Origin: Candidatus Thorarchaeota archaeon
GTDB taxonomy: Archaea; Asgardarchaeota; Thorarchaeia; Thorarchaeales; Thorarchaeaceae
Direction of reading: 5' to 3'
Assembly (NCBI GenBank): GCA_046758445.1
Contig: JBHIAE010000002.1
Location: 32,001-96,000, forward strand
Length of the DNA stretch: 64,000 nt
Below are positions 9,078 through 18,556 of this stretch, piece by piece; the stretch's first letter is position 1, and each line of letters begins with the position of its first letter. The notes beneath the pieces are model-generated. The model had not been told where the DNA came from. It ran no database searches and saw only the letters and a program-made list of their open reading frames with translations. The translations under genes were made by a program, and so were the position numbers.

Positions 9078-10676
9078 ATGCCTAATCCTGATGAGTATAT
9101 TCTGCACAGGGAGATAATTGACTCACTGCTGAGCTCAGAGAGAGCTCTTGACAGACGGGAAATCAATCGGATAAAGAATGAAGTCTGTGCGAAGTACCGT
9201 GTTTCAAAGGTCCCAACGAACGCAGATATTCTCCAAACAGCGATTCCCGAGGAACTAGAGATACTTCAGCCTCTATTGCAGAAGCGACCTGTTCGCACAG
9301 TGTCAGGTGTCGCAGTTGTAGCAGCAATGACAGAACCCCACAAGTGCCCTCATGGGGAGTGTGCGTATTGTCCTGGTGGACCTGCTGCAGGAGTACCACA
9401 GAGCTATACCGGGCATGAACCTGCAACTATGAGAGGCCTGCAGCATGACTTTGACTCATTCAGGCAGGTGGAGAACAGGCTCAATCAGCTAGACACAATT
9501 GGGCATTCTATCCAGAAGGTCGAACTGATAGTCATGGGTGGTGACTGGTGCTCGAAGGATCCAGCCTATAGAGAGTCATTTGTCAAGGGCTGTTTTGATG
9601 CAATGAATAGGGCAATCAGTGATACCCCAGCTCAATCTCGGAAGAGGAACGAAACTGCCGAGGTCCGTAACGTGGGACTCACGTTCGAAACTCGGCCAGA
9701 TTGGGTGACTGCTGATAGTGTTGATGAAATGCTAAGGATGGGCGCGACGCGAGTGGAAATTGGTGTTCAAACACTCTCGGATGAGGTCTTGGAACGAGTT
9801 CAGAGGGGCCATCTGCTTGAGCAGACTGTCCAAGCCACAAAGATCCTCAGAGACAGTGGACTGAAAGTATGCTATCATGTGATGCCCGGTCTACCAGGAA
9901 ACACTCCAGATTCAGACCTCCAAGACTTTCGGACGCTGTTCACTGATTCTAAACTCCAACCGGACATGTTGAAGATCTATCCCACGCTTGTGGTGAAGAA
10001 CACCAAGTTATTCGAGTGGTGGAAGGAGGGTTCCTATAGTCCATACTCTGATGAACAGGTCGTCGAACTCGTTTCTGACGCAGTCAGTGAGATGCCCGAG
10101 TACGTACGAATCCAAAGGATGCAAAGAGACATACCGCTCCATCAGATAGAGGCGGGGCTCAGCAAAGGCAATCTTCGAGAGCTGGTTCATCATCGAATGC
10201 AGGAGAAAGGTCTGCGGAATCCAACCATCCGATATAGGGAGATAGGCCATTACCAGATGCGGACCGGGAAGAAGATTGATTATGAACACGTCGAGTTGGT
10301 GCGTCGCGACTACAAAGCCGCAGATGGACTGGAGATCTTTCTCTCCTTTGAGGAGCAAGAATCAGACGTCATCTTTGGATTTCTAAGGCTTCGTCTGCCT
10401 AGTAATTATGCTCATCGTCCGGAGGTCAAACAAAGTCCCTGCGCGATAATCAGGGAGCTCCGAGTCTACGGCCCTGTTGTCGAGATTGGTGAGAGAAACC
10501 CTGGTGCCTGGCAGCATTTAGGCCTTGGAGAACGCATGCTCTCAGAGGCAGAACGAATTGGACTTGATGAGTTCGAAGTCAATAGGCTTGTTGTGAATAG
10601 TGGGATTGGGGTCAAAGAGTACTATCGTTCTCTTGGATTCAAGGATATCGGCCCATACCTCGAGAAGGAGTTTTAG
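9078..10676 (+). CDS. elp3: Elp3 tRNA U34 carboxymethyltransferase (radical SAM plus KAT)
   Basis: RTVSGVAVVA, CPHGECAYCPGG, QSYTGHEPA, ETRPD, KIYPTLV, QHLGLG. Confidence 0.96.
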   Translation: MPNPDEYILHREIIDSLLSSERALDRREINRIKNEVCAKYRVSKVPTNADILQTAIPEELEILQPLLQKRPVRTVSGVAVVAAMTEPHKCPHGECAYCPGGPAAGVPQSYTGHEPATMRGLQHDFDSFRQVENRLNQLDTIGHSIQKVELIVMGGDWCSKDPAYRESFVKGCFDAMNRAISDTPAQSRKRNETAEVRNVGLTFETRPDWVTADSVDEMLRMGATRVEIGVQTLSDEVLERVQRGHLLEQTVQATKILRDSGLKVCYHVMPGLPGNTPDSDLQDFRTLFTDSKLQPDMLKIYPTLVVKNTKLFEWWKEGSYSPYSDEQVVELVSDAVSEMPEYVRIQRMQRDIPLHQIEAGLSKGNLRELVHHRMQEKGLRNPTIRYREIGHYQMRTGKKIDYEHVELVRRDYKAADGLEIFLSFEEQESDVIFGFLRLRLPSNYAHRPEVKQSPCAIIRELRVYGPVVEIGERNPGAWQHLGLGERMLSEAERIGLDEFEVNRLVVNSGIGVKEYYRSLGFKDIGPYLEKEF

Positions 10677-11473
10677 AACACGTGTTCTAAGAACTCGTCT
10701 AGGACTTGATTGAACTGGTCCGGATTCTCCAGATTGGATGCATGACCAGCATCTGAGATTATGACCTTCCTGGAGTCTTCGATTAGTTCAATCATCTTGT
10801 CTGCGTGAGGGAAGACTGCCTTTCGCTCGTTCTCGCCTAACACTACAAGTGTAGGCACTTTGATACTGGCAAGGTCCAGTAGCTTGAAAGAATAAATGGC
10901 ATCCATCAACTTGAGAAACTCAGTTTGGTCCATTTTCAACTGTTCCTGTATTAGGTACTCTCGAACATCATCCTTCATGTCGAAGTACTTGAATGACCAT
11001 CTAGCATATTCCTCCGGGGACTTCCGTCGGATATACCATTTCACCAGACTCGCTGGGAACATCCATTTCTGTAACTTGTCCGAAAGGGTCAGAGCAGTGG
11101 CCACAGCTGTGTCGGCTAGAACAAGCCCTGCAAGATTGGACTGGTATTTTACGGCATACTCCTGAGCTATCATGCCTCCAAGGGAGAGACCGCACACAAC
11201 TGGCCTCTCTATCTCAGGTGCAGTCAGTAGATCGTGCAGATCATCGGCAAAGAGCGCACAGCTATACTTCCTGTCAGACCCACTTGAATCTCCGTGTCCT
11301 CTTACGTCGTATGTCAAAACCCGGTATCGGTCTGAGAAATGTTTCACCTGTGGGTACCAGTTGTCATGAGAACCACCCGCTCCGTGGACAAAAGCGATTG
11401 CCTCTCCATCTCCGGCTACCTCATAGTAGGTGTCAATATCGCCTGTCTGAATCAATGGCATGAAGAATCCCAT
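10673..11473 (-). CDS. alpha/beta hydrolase
   Basis: FVHG, YDVRGHG, GLSLGG nucleophile elbow, AGH. Confidence 0.92.
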   Translation of the reverse strand: MGFFMPLIQTGDIDTYYEVAGDGEAIAFVHGAGGSHDNWYPQVKHFSDRYRVLTYDVRGHGDSSGSDRKYSCALFADDLHDLLTAPEIERPVVCGLSLGGMIAQEYAVKYQSNLAGLVLADTAVATALTLSDKLQKWMFPASLVKWYIRRKSPEEYARWSFKYFDMKDDVREYLIQEQLKMDQTEFLKLMDAIYSFKLLDLASIKVPTLVVLGENERKAVFPHADKMIELIEDSRKVIISDAGHASNLENPDQFNQVLDEFLEHVF

Positions 11474-11579
11474 TGAGTTCTGAGAGATAAGTGCTACTCA
11501 GTATTGCCCTGAAGTGGATGGAAGCTCTAAATGTCACATGAAAGAAGAGTTAAGACTTGGGTCTCTCAAAGAAGAGGGC

Positions 11580-12851
11580 ATGAAAGATGTGTGGCTGGTT
11601 GATTACGCGCGGACTCCATTCTCACGGTCTCGATCTCATAAGCCAGAAACTGATGCATTTGGCGAAATCAGAGGAGATGAGCTTCTAGCACGGCTGATAA
11701 AGAAGTTCTTTGACGGACCACTGGCAAACAAGGGAATTGAGAAGAAGGACATCAATGAGATCACAGTCGGTGTGGCCTCGGGAGTCCTTGAGAACTGGAC
11801 CTATGGAGGAAAGGTACTCGCCTTCCTCACAGGATTCCCACATCATGTACCATCGATTTCCATCGACCGTCAGTGCGGATCTGCAGGTACTGGAATGCAC
11901 ATTGGCATTATGGAGATCATGACTGGGTATAGCACAACTGTATTGTCGACGGGTTTTGAGCATATGACCCGGGTGAGGGGAAGAGGGCTCGAACCTAACC
12001 TGTCCATTGGTGATGAGGACTCGGAGTTCTACAGGCCTGACTTGGACGTTCCCACTGTATTCAATATGCTACAGACTGCTCAGAAGCTGTACGAGGAAGA
12101 GGTTCCCACCTTTACTAAGGAGGACATGGACAGATTCGGTGTGCGTAGTCACAATCTGACGGTCAAGAATCAGGAAGGTGGATGGTTCAAAGAGGAGATC
12201 ATACCTTTAGAGGGGCACACACCGGGCAATACTGATGAACCCATGCTGGTGGATAGGGATCTCAGTGCCAGACCTTCAACACTGGAGAAGGTCTCAACCC
12301 TGTCAACAGTGTCCACACCATTCTATCTTGAGAAGAACGGTGGAAAGGAAGGTTACATCAAACGAGAGGGTACAGATGAGGGCGTGATTACTGCAGGTAA
12401 TGCATCACCACTCAATGCAGGAGCCACCGCAGCTGTACTAATGGAGGCCAAGGAGGCAGAAACAAGAGGCTTGGAACCCATGGCACGAATAGTTTCCATG
12501 GGATGGGCAGGAGTTGACCCCGAAGTGATGGGCCGTGGACCCGTGCCTGCGTCTATCATGGCCCTTGAGCATGCTGGGTTGAGTGTAGAGGACATTGATT
12601 ACTGGGAGATAAACGAGGCATTCAGTATTGTAGCCCTCAACTGCATGGACAAGCTGAAGATTCCCGAGGAGAAGGTGAATGTCATGGGGGGATCAATTGC
12701 CATTGGACACCCTCTGGGTGCAACCATGATTAGGTTGACTGGCACGCTGGCAAGAATCCTCAAAGACAAGAAGGCAAAACACGGAGTTGCCAATGCTTGT
12801 ATCGGTGGTGGACAGGGTGTTGCCACTGTTATTGAGAATCTAGACGCCTGA
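11580..12851 (+). CDS. acetyl-CoA C-acyltransferase (thiolase)
   Basis: DYARTPF, RQCGS, NEAF, GHPLGAT, CIGGGQG. Confidence 0.95.
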   Translation: MKDVWLVDYARTPFSRSRSHKPETDAFGEIRGDELLARLIKKFFDGPLANKGIEKKDINEITVGVASGVLENWTYGGKVLAFLTGFPHHVPSISIDRQCGSAGTGMHIGIMEIMTGYSTTVLSTGFEHMTRVRGRGLEPNLSIGDEDSEFYRPDLDVPTVFNMLQTAQKLYEEEVPTFTKEDMDRFGVRSHNLTVKNQEGGWFKEEIIPLEGHTPGNTDEPMLVDRDLSARPSTLEKVSTLSTVSTPFYLEKNGGKEGYIKREGTDEGVITAGNASPLNAGATAAVLMEAKEAETRGLEPMARIVSMGWAGVDPEVMGRGPVPASIMALEHAGLSVEDIDYWEINEAFSIVALNCMDKLKIPEEKVNVMGGSIAIGHPLGATMIRLTGTLARILKDKKAKHGVANACIGGGQGVATVIENLDA

Positions 12852-12928
12852 CATGACCTTCTTTCAATCCTGACACAACGGGGTGTGTAGAAATCATAAA
12901 TCTCATCCAACTGCTCGCAATCTGTGGA

Positions 12929-13504
12929 ATGATCAGTCCAATCATCTATACTCTGATGTGGATACTTGGAGGCATCATTCAGCCGGAGTACAGTCACATT
13001 CGAGATGATGTTAGCTCACTGATGGCTGTTGACGCTCCTAACAAGAAGCTCTTTGACAAGTTCATTGCTACGTCTAGCATTCTATTGTTCGTCTTCTATG
13101 CTGGACTGCATTGGGGAGTGAATAGTGGTGAAGGCTCCATAATCGGTCCCGTTCTATTCGTGATCAGTGGGCTTCTAGGAGTGCTTGTTGCCCTATTCTT
13201 CCCTCTTGATGCAGGTGGTGAAATCATATCCAACCGAGGGAAGATGCATCTGATTCTAATTGCAATATCAGGGATATTGGCAACTGCAGGGATGGTAGCA
13301 ATGTGGTTTCGATTAGAATCAGTGGCGGGATGGAGTGCTTTTGCAACATTCTCATTGATTACAGCAATAGTTTCACTGACTCTTGTGTTCATATCAGCTT
13401 TCACGGCCAGAAGTAGGTATTTCGGTTTGATTGAGAGATTCATGGTCAGCTCCTATCAGATCTACTACTTTGTCATAGCCCTAATGGTGTTTCTGACTAA
13501 CTAG
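12929..13504 (+). CDS. DUF998-like membrane protein
   Basis: P.YSHIRD.VSSL.A, FP.D, H and GLIER motifs; about 5 TM. Confidence 0.75.
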   Translation: MISPIIYTLMWILGGIIQPEYSHIRDDVSSLMAVDAPNKKLFDKFIATSSILLFVFYAGLHWGVNSGEGSIIGPVLFVISGLLGVLVALFFPLDAGGEIISNRGKMHLILIAISGILATAGMVAMWFRLESVAGWSAFATFSLITAIVSLTLVFISAFTARSRYFGLIERFMVSSYQIYYFVIALMVFLTN

Positions 13505-13525
13505 AAGTGGCGTCAAGGCTTCGAA

Positions 13526-14314
13526 CTAGCTGAGTTTGTAACGCGCTACAACAGGGTACTGAAGGAACTCCCAACTACCCTTACTGCCTGCTGCGAGAGC
13601 ACCTAACTCGAGATGCAGCATGGCGATGCCACAATCGAGTTTCCTTGAAACACCAAATCCCTCTCTCTTGCTATTTGCTAATACTGTAATTGAGTCATTG
13701 CTGATTTGGAATCTCCAAGGCTGTCTGTTGGCAGCTGATGGGGCGATCCTTACGGCCTCTAATGCAGGTCTAGCCCACACGTTGTCATCTAATCTCCCAC
13801 TCACAATGAGTTTGTCAAGGCTCTTTCGTCTATACTTTTTGGATGAAACGCCAACTCTGTCAGATTTCTCCTTGGAGTACCCTACAGGGGTGATGGCTAA
13901 CACACGTTCACCGTTCTGGAGGTCAATCTGTTTCAAAACAGCTTCTCGACGGTAGAAACCTGCAACCCAGCATGTATTCAGACCCAGAGATGTGGCCTCA
14001 AGAATGACCCCTTCGCCTAGATATCCTGTGATGGCTTGGATGTTTGGTGCGCTCATGTTGGCTACGAATGCGATGTAGTATGGGGCTTCTGTGACCTTGA
14101 GAATATACGGGCCTACTGCTCCCTTGAATACATCATTCGCAGGTTCTCTCACAAGAACAGCTCTAGCACCAGAGAATGGCCTGAACTCGGTACAGACTTC
14201 TTCAATTCTTCTTGTCACTTCATCATCTGGAACTTCACCCGAGTACTTTCTCTGAGAATGCCGAAGGAAGATTGCATCGTACCAAGCATCGATAGGAATA
14301 TCCAAGATGATCAC
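13526..14314 (-). CDS. nitroreductase family protein (two-domain)
   Basis: RHSQRKY, GLNTCWV, APSAANRQPW, DCGIAMLH. Confidence 0.9.
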   Translation of the reverse strand: MIILDIPIDAWYDAIFLRHSQRKYSGEVPDDEVTRRIEEVCTEFRPFSGARAVLVREPANDVFKGAVGPYILKVTEAPYYIAFVANMSAPNIQAITGYLGEGVILEATSLGLNTCWVAGFYRREAVLKQIDLQNGERVLAITPVGYSKEKSDRVGVSSKKYRRKSLDKLIVSGRLDDNVWARPALEAVRIAPSAANRQPWRFQISNDSITVLANSKREGFGVSRKLDCGIAMLHLELGALAAGSKGSWEFLQYPVVARYKLS

Positions 14315-14373
14315 ACCAACCGGTCTGAGTAGGCAACGAGAATGAGATTAGTGTCTGTTGTTGTGGCAAAAAG

Positions 14374-14494
14374 TGGCGCCGAGGGTGAGATTTGAACTCA
14401 CGAGTGCATAGCACACTGGTTCGCTTGGCATCCTAGCATCCTAAGATACTGGTTTTCAAGACCAGCGCCTTAATCCGGGCTTGGCTACCTCGGC
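14374..14494 (-). tRNA. tRNA-Ser(TGA) with 33-nt intron at 37/38 (14422-14454)
   Basis: Acceptor GCCGAGG/CCTCGGC plus GCCA; CTGGT-CT-TGA-A^A-ACCAG; variable arm GTGC-TAT-GCAC; central helix CTTG/CAAG with CG^A bulge. Confidence 0.92.
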
Positions 14495-14580
14495 GTGATT
14501 CTGCATAATGCCCAGACGGATGCACTCCGTTGGAAACGCCTTTTAAGCTTCTTGTAGAGGTGGGCTGCTGGAAGAGAAAG

Positions 14581-15015
14581 ATGTCCGGACGTGGCTTCAG
14601 ATATCACGAACATACCGCCGACATAACCATCGAATGTTGGGCTCCGACCTTGGAGAGTGCGTTCGAAGAGGCAGCTCTAGCCACATTTGAGGTCATTGTG
14701 GGAACTTCGACAGTTCGACCGAAGAACCCGATTGACATCAGCGTCCAGGGAATCGACCTGGAGGAGCTACTAGTAGAATGGATTGGCAGGCTCCTTGCCC
14801 TCGTCGACATCAATGTTGAGTTCTACTCGAAATTCGAGATACAGGAGATATCTGAGAGCCCCGAGGGCTTCAGTCTCAAGGGTCGTGTCTGGGGAGAGGA
14901 AATAGACCTTGATCGTCATGAAACTCGGACTGAGGTGAAGGCAATGACGTATGCGGACATGAAGATTGAGTGCACGTCGGAGGACACGAATCTATGCTTC
15001 ACCCTTGATCTCTAG
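14581..15015 (+). CDS. archease (RtcB cofactor)
   Basis: EHTAD and EVKAMTY motifs. Confidence 0.95.
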   Translation: MSGRGFRYHEHTADITIECWAPTLESAFEEAALATFEVIVGTSTVRPKNPIDISVQGIDLEELLVEWIGRLLALVDINVEFYSKFEIQEISESPEGFSLKGRVWGEEIDLDRHETRTEVKAMTYADMKIECTSEDTNLCFTLDL

Positions 15016-15026
15016 GAGGAATCAGG

Positions 15027-15884
15027 TTGGGAATTCAAGTCGCAATCCCTGACACTTCACTATCTGACTGCTCCGACCTTCGTCAGAAGACTGCCAAGGT
15101 CGGTACTTTGGCTAGAGCACTAGCTGTGTTTCGGGTGGAGCGAGTGATAGTCTACAAGACCGGCCGAGTTCAAGCAAGTCGGAAGAGGGACGTGGACCTA
15201 TTAGTCAGACTTCTTGAGTTCATGGACACTCCACAGTATCTGCGCAAGAGAGCATTTCCTCTGTCCCCATCTCTGAAGTATGCTGGTCTCCTACCGCCTC
15301 TCAGAACCCTGAGCCATCCTCTGGATGCGACTTCTGAAGACCTGGCCGAAGGCACTTATAGGTGGGGAATTCAGGTTCGAAAGGGAAAGATCGACATTGG
15401 AATTGAGAAGCTTGTGGATCATCAGGAGGAAGTGAGTGAGCGCGAAACAACCCTCTTTCGCGTGATCAAGACAGGTCCTAGGATCAGGCTGAAGGCGGCT
15501 ACTCGAGATGAGGTGGAAGAGTACTGGGGCTTTGACATAGTGAGGACGACGAGTCTTGTCGAAACACTTCAGAACTCCTCTACAATGACCCGAGTAGTCT
15601 TTTCAAGAAACGCGCCCTCCTACGCCAGCCTGGAAGATGAGATCAAATCGACAGTGGGTAATACCAAGTCTGTCCTCGGTGTGTTCGGCGGACCAAAACA
15701 TGGAGTGAACGAGCTCTTCCCTGACAAGAAGGGCGAGCTGAAGAAGCATGTCGACTTCTGGGTGAACACAATCCCGGGTCAGGGCACAGAAACAGTCCGT
15801 CTTGAGGAGGCCATCCCCGCGAGCCTAGCGCTACTCAACAAGTCTGTTGGAGCCTTGATTGCTCGGCCTGGCTTTCACAAATGA
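15027..15884 (+). CDS. SPOUT RNA methyltransferase (MTH1/C9orf114 family)
   Basis: ARALAVFRV, TPQYLRK, LPPL, NTIPGQGTETVRLEEA. Confidence 0.9.
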   Translation: MGIQVAIPDTSLSDCSDLRQKTAKVGTLARALAVFRVERVIVYKTGRVQASRKRDVDLLVRLLEFMDTPQYLRKRAFPLSPSLKYAGLLPPLRTLSHPLDATSEDLAEGTYRWGIQVRKGKIDIGIEKLVDHQEEVSERETTLFRVIKTGPRIRLKAATRDEVEEYWGFDIVRTTSLVETLQNSSTMTRVVFSRNAPSYASLEDEIKSTVGNTKSVLGVFGGPKHGVNELFPDKKGELKKHVDFWVNTIPGQGTETVRLEEAIPASLALLNKSVGALIARPGFHK

Positions 15885-15984
15885 GTGTCGATATCAAAGC
15901 TTGTCCATACCCGTGAGTTTTATAGACACAGACCTGAAGACTTGGGGAGAGGAATCTGCAGTCTAGAAGAAGGGGCACAAACGG

Positions 15985-18351
15985 TTGATATCTGACAGAG
16001 TAAGACACCTGAGAGAACAGAGTGTTGGCACGAAGCCCTACATATCAGTCGAGAGAGCGAAGCTAATCACGGAGTTCTACGAGAGCGGTGCTGCAGACAA
16101 TGTTTCCGTGCCAATTGCCCGTGCTCTCGCGTTTCAGCACATCCTGGAGAACAAGACAATCTGCATCAACCCTGGAGAGCTGATTGTTGGTGAGAGAGGC
16201 CCGACACCCGGAGCTACCCCCACCTATCCTGAGCTCTGCTGCCATTCTCTCCAAGATCTGGACATTGCAAACTCAAGAGAGAGCACACCGTTCCTAGTTT
16301 CGGACGAGACCAGAGAAGTATACAGGGACGAGGTCATCCCCTTCTGGAGAGGCAAGACCATACGCGAGCGCGTCTTCGCGTCAATGTCAGATGAGTGGAA
16401 GGCCGCATTCGAATCCGGTGTCTATACGGAGTTCATGGAACAGAGGGCTCCAGGCCACGCCATCTTGGACGACAAGATCTACCATCGGGGCCTGCTAGAC
16501 TTCAAAGAGGAAGTCAAGCAGAGCCTGTCAAAGCTCGACTATGACAATGATTCGGATGCGAAATCGAAGGAGGAAGAGCTGAAAGCTATTGACATTGTGG
16601 CTGATGCATTGATCTCATTTGCACAGCGCCACGCCAAGAAGGCAAGCGAGCTTGCCGAGGCCGAGGAAGACCCTGTGAGAAAGAAGGAGCTTCTGAGAGT
16701 CGCTGAAGTCTGTGCCCACGTCCCAGCCAATCCACCAAGGGACTTCTGGGAGGCTTTGCAGTCCTACTGGTTCATTCACCTTGGAGTCATAATCGAGCTC
16801 AATGTCTGGGACTCATTCAACCCGGGCCGGCTTGACCTCAATCTGTATCCCTTCTTCAACAGAGAACTTGAGAGAGGCTCGCTCACAAGAGAGTTCGCAA
16901 AGGAGCTTTTACACTGTTTCTGGATCAAGTTCAACAACCAACCCGCACCTCCCAAGGTAGACATCACCCAGGAACAGAGTGGCACCTATCAGGACTTTGC
17001 CCTGATCAATGTGGGAGGACTGACAGCTGATGACGCTGATGCAGTCAACGAGCTCTCGTATCTCATCCTTGAAGTAATGAATGAGATGCGGCTGATCCAA
17101 CCGAGTGTCTGTGTTCAACTTACTACCAAGAACCCCGACCAGTTTCTGAGAGAAACAGTCGAAGTCATCAAGGAGGGGTTTGGCCAACCCTCAGTCTTCA
17201 ACACTGACATAATCATCGAGGAGTTCATTCGACAGGGGAAGTCGGTAGAGGACGCCAGAGTCGGAGGGCCAAGCGGCTGTGTCACAATCAGTGCATTTGG
17301 AAAAGAAAGCTGCACGCTCACTGGCTATTGTAACTGGCCGAAGATTCTTGAGATAACTCTCAACAATGGTGTGGATCCTAGGACCGGGAAGCAAGTCGGT
17401 CTAGAAACAGGAAGTCCCACCACCTTCAAAACGTTTGATGAACTCATGGAGGCGTTCAAGGCTCAGCTGAAGTACTTCGTGGACATCAAGATAGAAGGAA
17501 ACAGCATCATTGAGAGGCTCTACGCTGAGCATATGCCAACACCCGTCATGTCGCTGGTCTTCGATGACTGTATCAAGAAAGGAAGGGACTACCACGATGG
17601 TGGGCCAAGATACAATTCGACATACATTCAGGGAGTTGGAATGGGCACCACTACGGACTCACTATCAGCCATGAGATACCATGTCTTCGACAAGAAGAAT
17701 CTCTCCATGGAAGAACTTCTTGATGCACTTAGAAATGACTTCAAGGAAGGCGAGCCGATCCGTCAGATGCTTGTGAACAAGACCCCAAACTACGGTAATG
17801 ACGACGACTACGCCGACAACATTGCTCAGGCCGTCTTTGATGCCTACTTCGACGTTCTGGATGGTCGCCCGAACACTAAGGGCGGTGAATACCGAGTAAA
17901 CCTCTTGCCCACAACTGTTCACATATACTTCGGGCAAGTCACAGGGGCAACACCTAATGGGAGAAGGGCCGGCAAACCTTTGTCTGACGGAGTTTCTCCA
18001 TCCCACGGAGCTGACACAAACGGGCCTACTGCAGTAATCAATTCAGTTGCGAAGATTGACCATGTGCGGACAGGTGGGACCCTTCTGAACCAGAAGCTAA
18101 TGCCCGAGATACTTGCCGACCGGGCAGGTCGCAAGAAGCTTGGACACCTGATTCAGGCCTACTTTGCACTTGGGGGGCATCATATTCAGTTTAATGTGAT
18201 TGACAGGCAGACGCTCCTTGAAGCACAGCAGAAGCCTGAAGAATATCGAGACCTGATTGTGAGAGTGGCCGGGTACAGTGACTACTTTGTGAACATTGGA
18301 AAGGCTTTGCAGGATGAAATCATAGCTCGGACTGAGCAACGATACTTCTGA
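15985..18351 (+). CDS. glycyl radical enzyme, HypD (4-hydroxyproline dehydratase)-like variant
   Basis: RVAGYS Gly loop (G763), SGCVT Cys loop (C432), EQRAPGH, WDSF, TYQDF, LPTT.HIYFG. Confidence 0.9.
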   Translation: MISDRVRHLREQSVGTKPYISVERAKLITEFYESGAADNVSVPIARALAFQHILENKTICINPGELIVGERGPTPGATPTYPELCCHSLQDLDIANSRESTPFLVSDETREVYRDEVIPFWRGKTIRERVFASMSDEWKAAFESGVYTEFMEQRAPGHAILDDKIYHRGLLDFKEEVKQSLSKLDYDNDSDAKSKEEELKAIDIVADALISFAQRHAKKASELAEAEEDPVRKKELLRVAEVCAHVPANPPRDFWEALQSYWFIHLGVIIELNVWDSFNPGRLDLNLYPFFNRELERGSLTREFAKELLHCFWIKFNNQPAPPKVDITQEQSGTYQDFALINVGGLTADDADAVNELSYLILEVMNEMRLIQPSVCVQLTTKNPDQFLRETVEVIKEGFGQPSVFNTDIIIEEFIRQGKSVEDARVGGPSGCVTISAFGKESCTLTGYCNWPKILEITLNNGVDPRTGKQVGLETGSPTTFKTFDELMEAFKAQLKYFVDIKIEGNSIIERLYAEHMPTPVMSLVFDDCIKKGRDYHDGGPRYNSTYIQGVGMGTTTDSLSAMRYHVFDKKNLSMEELLDALRNDFKEGEPIRQMLVNKTPNYGNDDDYADNIAQAVFDAYFDVLDGRPNTKGGEYRVNLLPTTVHIYFGQVTGATPNGRRAGKPLSDGVSPSHGADTNGPTAVINSVAKIDHVRTGGTLLNQKLMPEILADRAGRKKLGHLIQAYFALGGHHIQFNVIDRQTLLEAQQKPEEYRDLIVRVAGYSDYFVNIGKALQDEIIARTEQRYF

Positions 18352-18473
18352 GAAGCCAACTCTCGCCCTTTCTGACATGCAGGACAACCCCTCCACTCAG
18401 GCTGATAGGGCTCCTCACAACAGTGTTTTGGTCAGTGGGCAAGTTTTAAAAACGGAGTCTTGCTTGGCGCACG

Positions 18474-18550
18474 CTGTAGTAAGAATAGCTCAGTCTTCAA
18501 GCTAGTGAAACTCGAACGCCAGATTGACTGGGCTGCAAAACTACAGGTGA
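18474..18550 (+). promoter_or_regulatory. structured 5' leader of the rpl3 operon (TATA-like TTTTAAAA at ~18444; SD GGTGA at 18546-18550)
   Basis: CTGTAG(18474-79)/CTACAG(18541-46) and AGCTCAGTC(18487-95)/GACTGGGCT(18526-34) nested stems. Confidence 0.45.
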
Positions 18551-18556
18551 TCTCAA

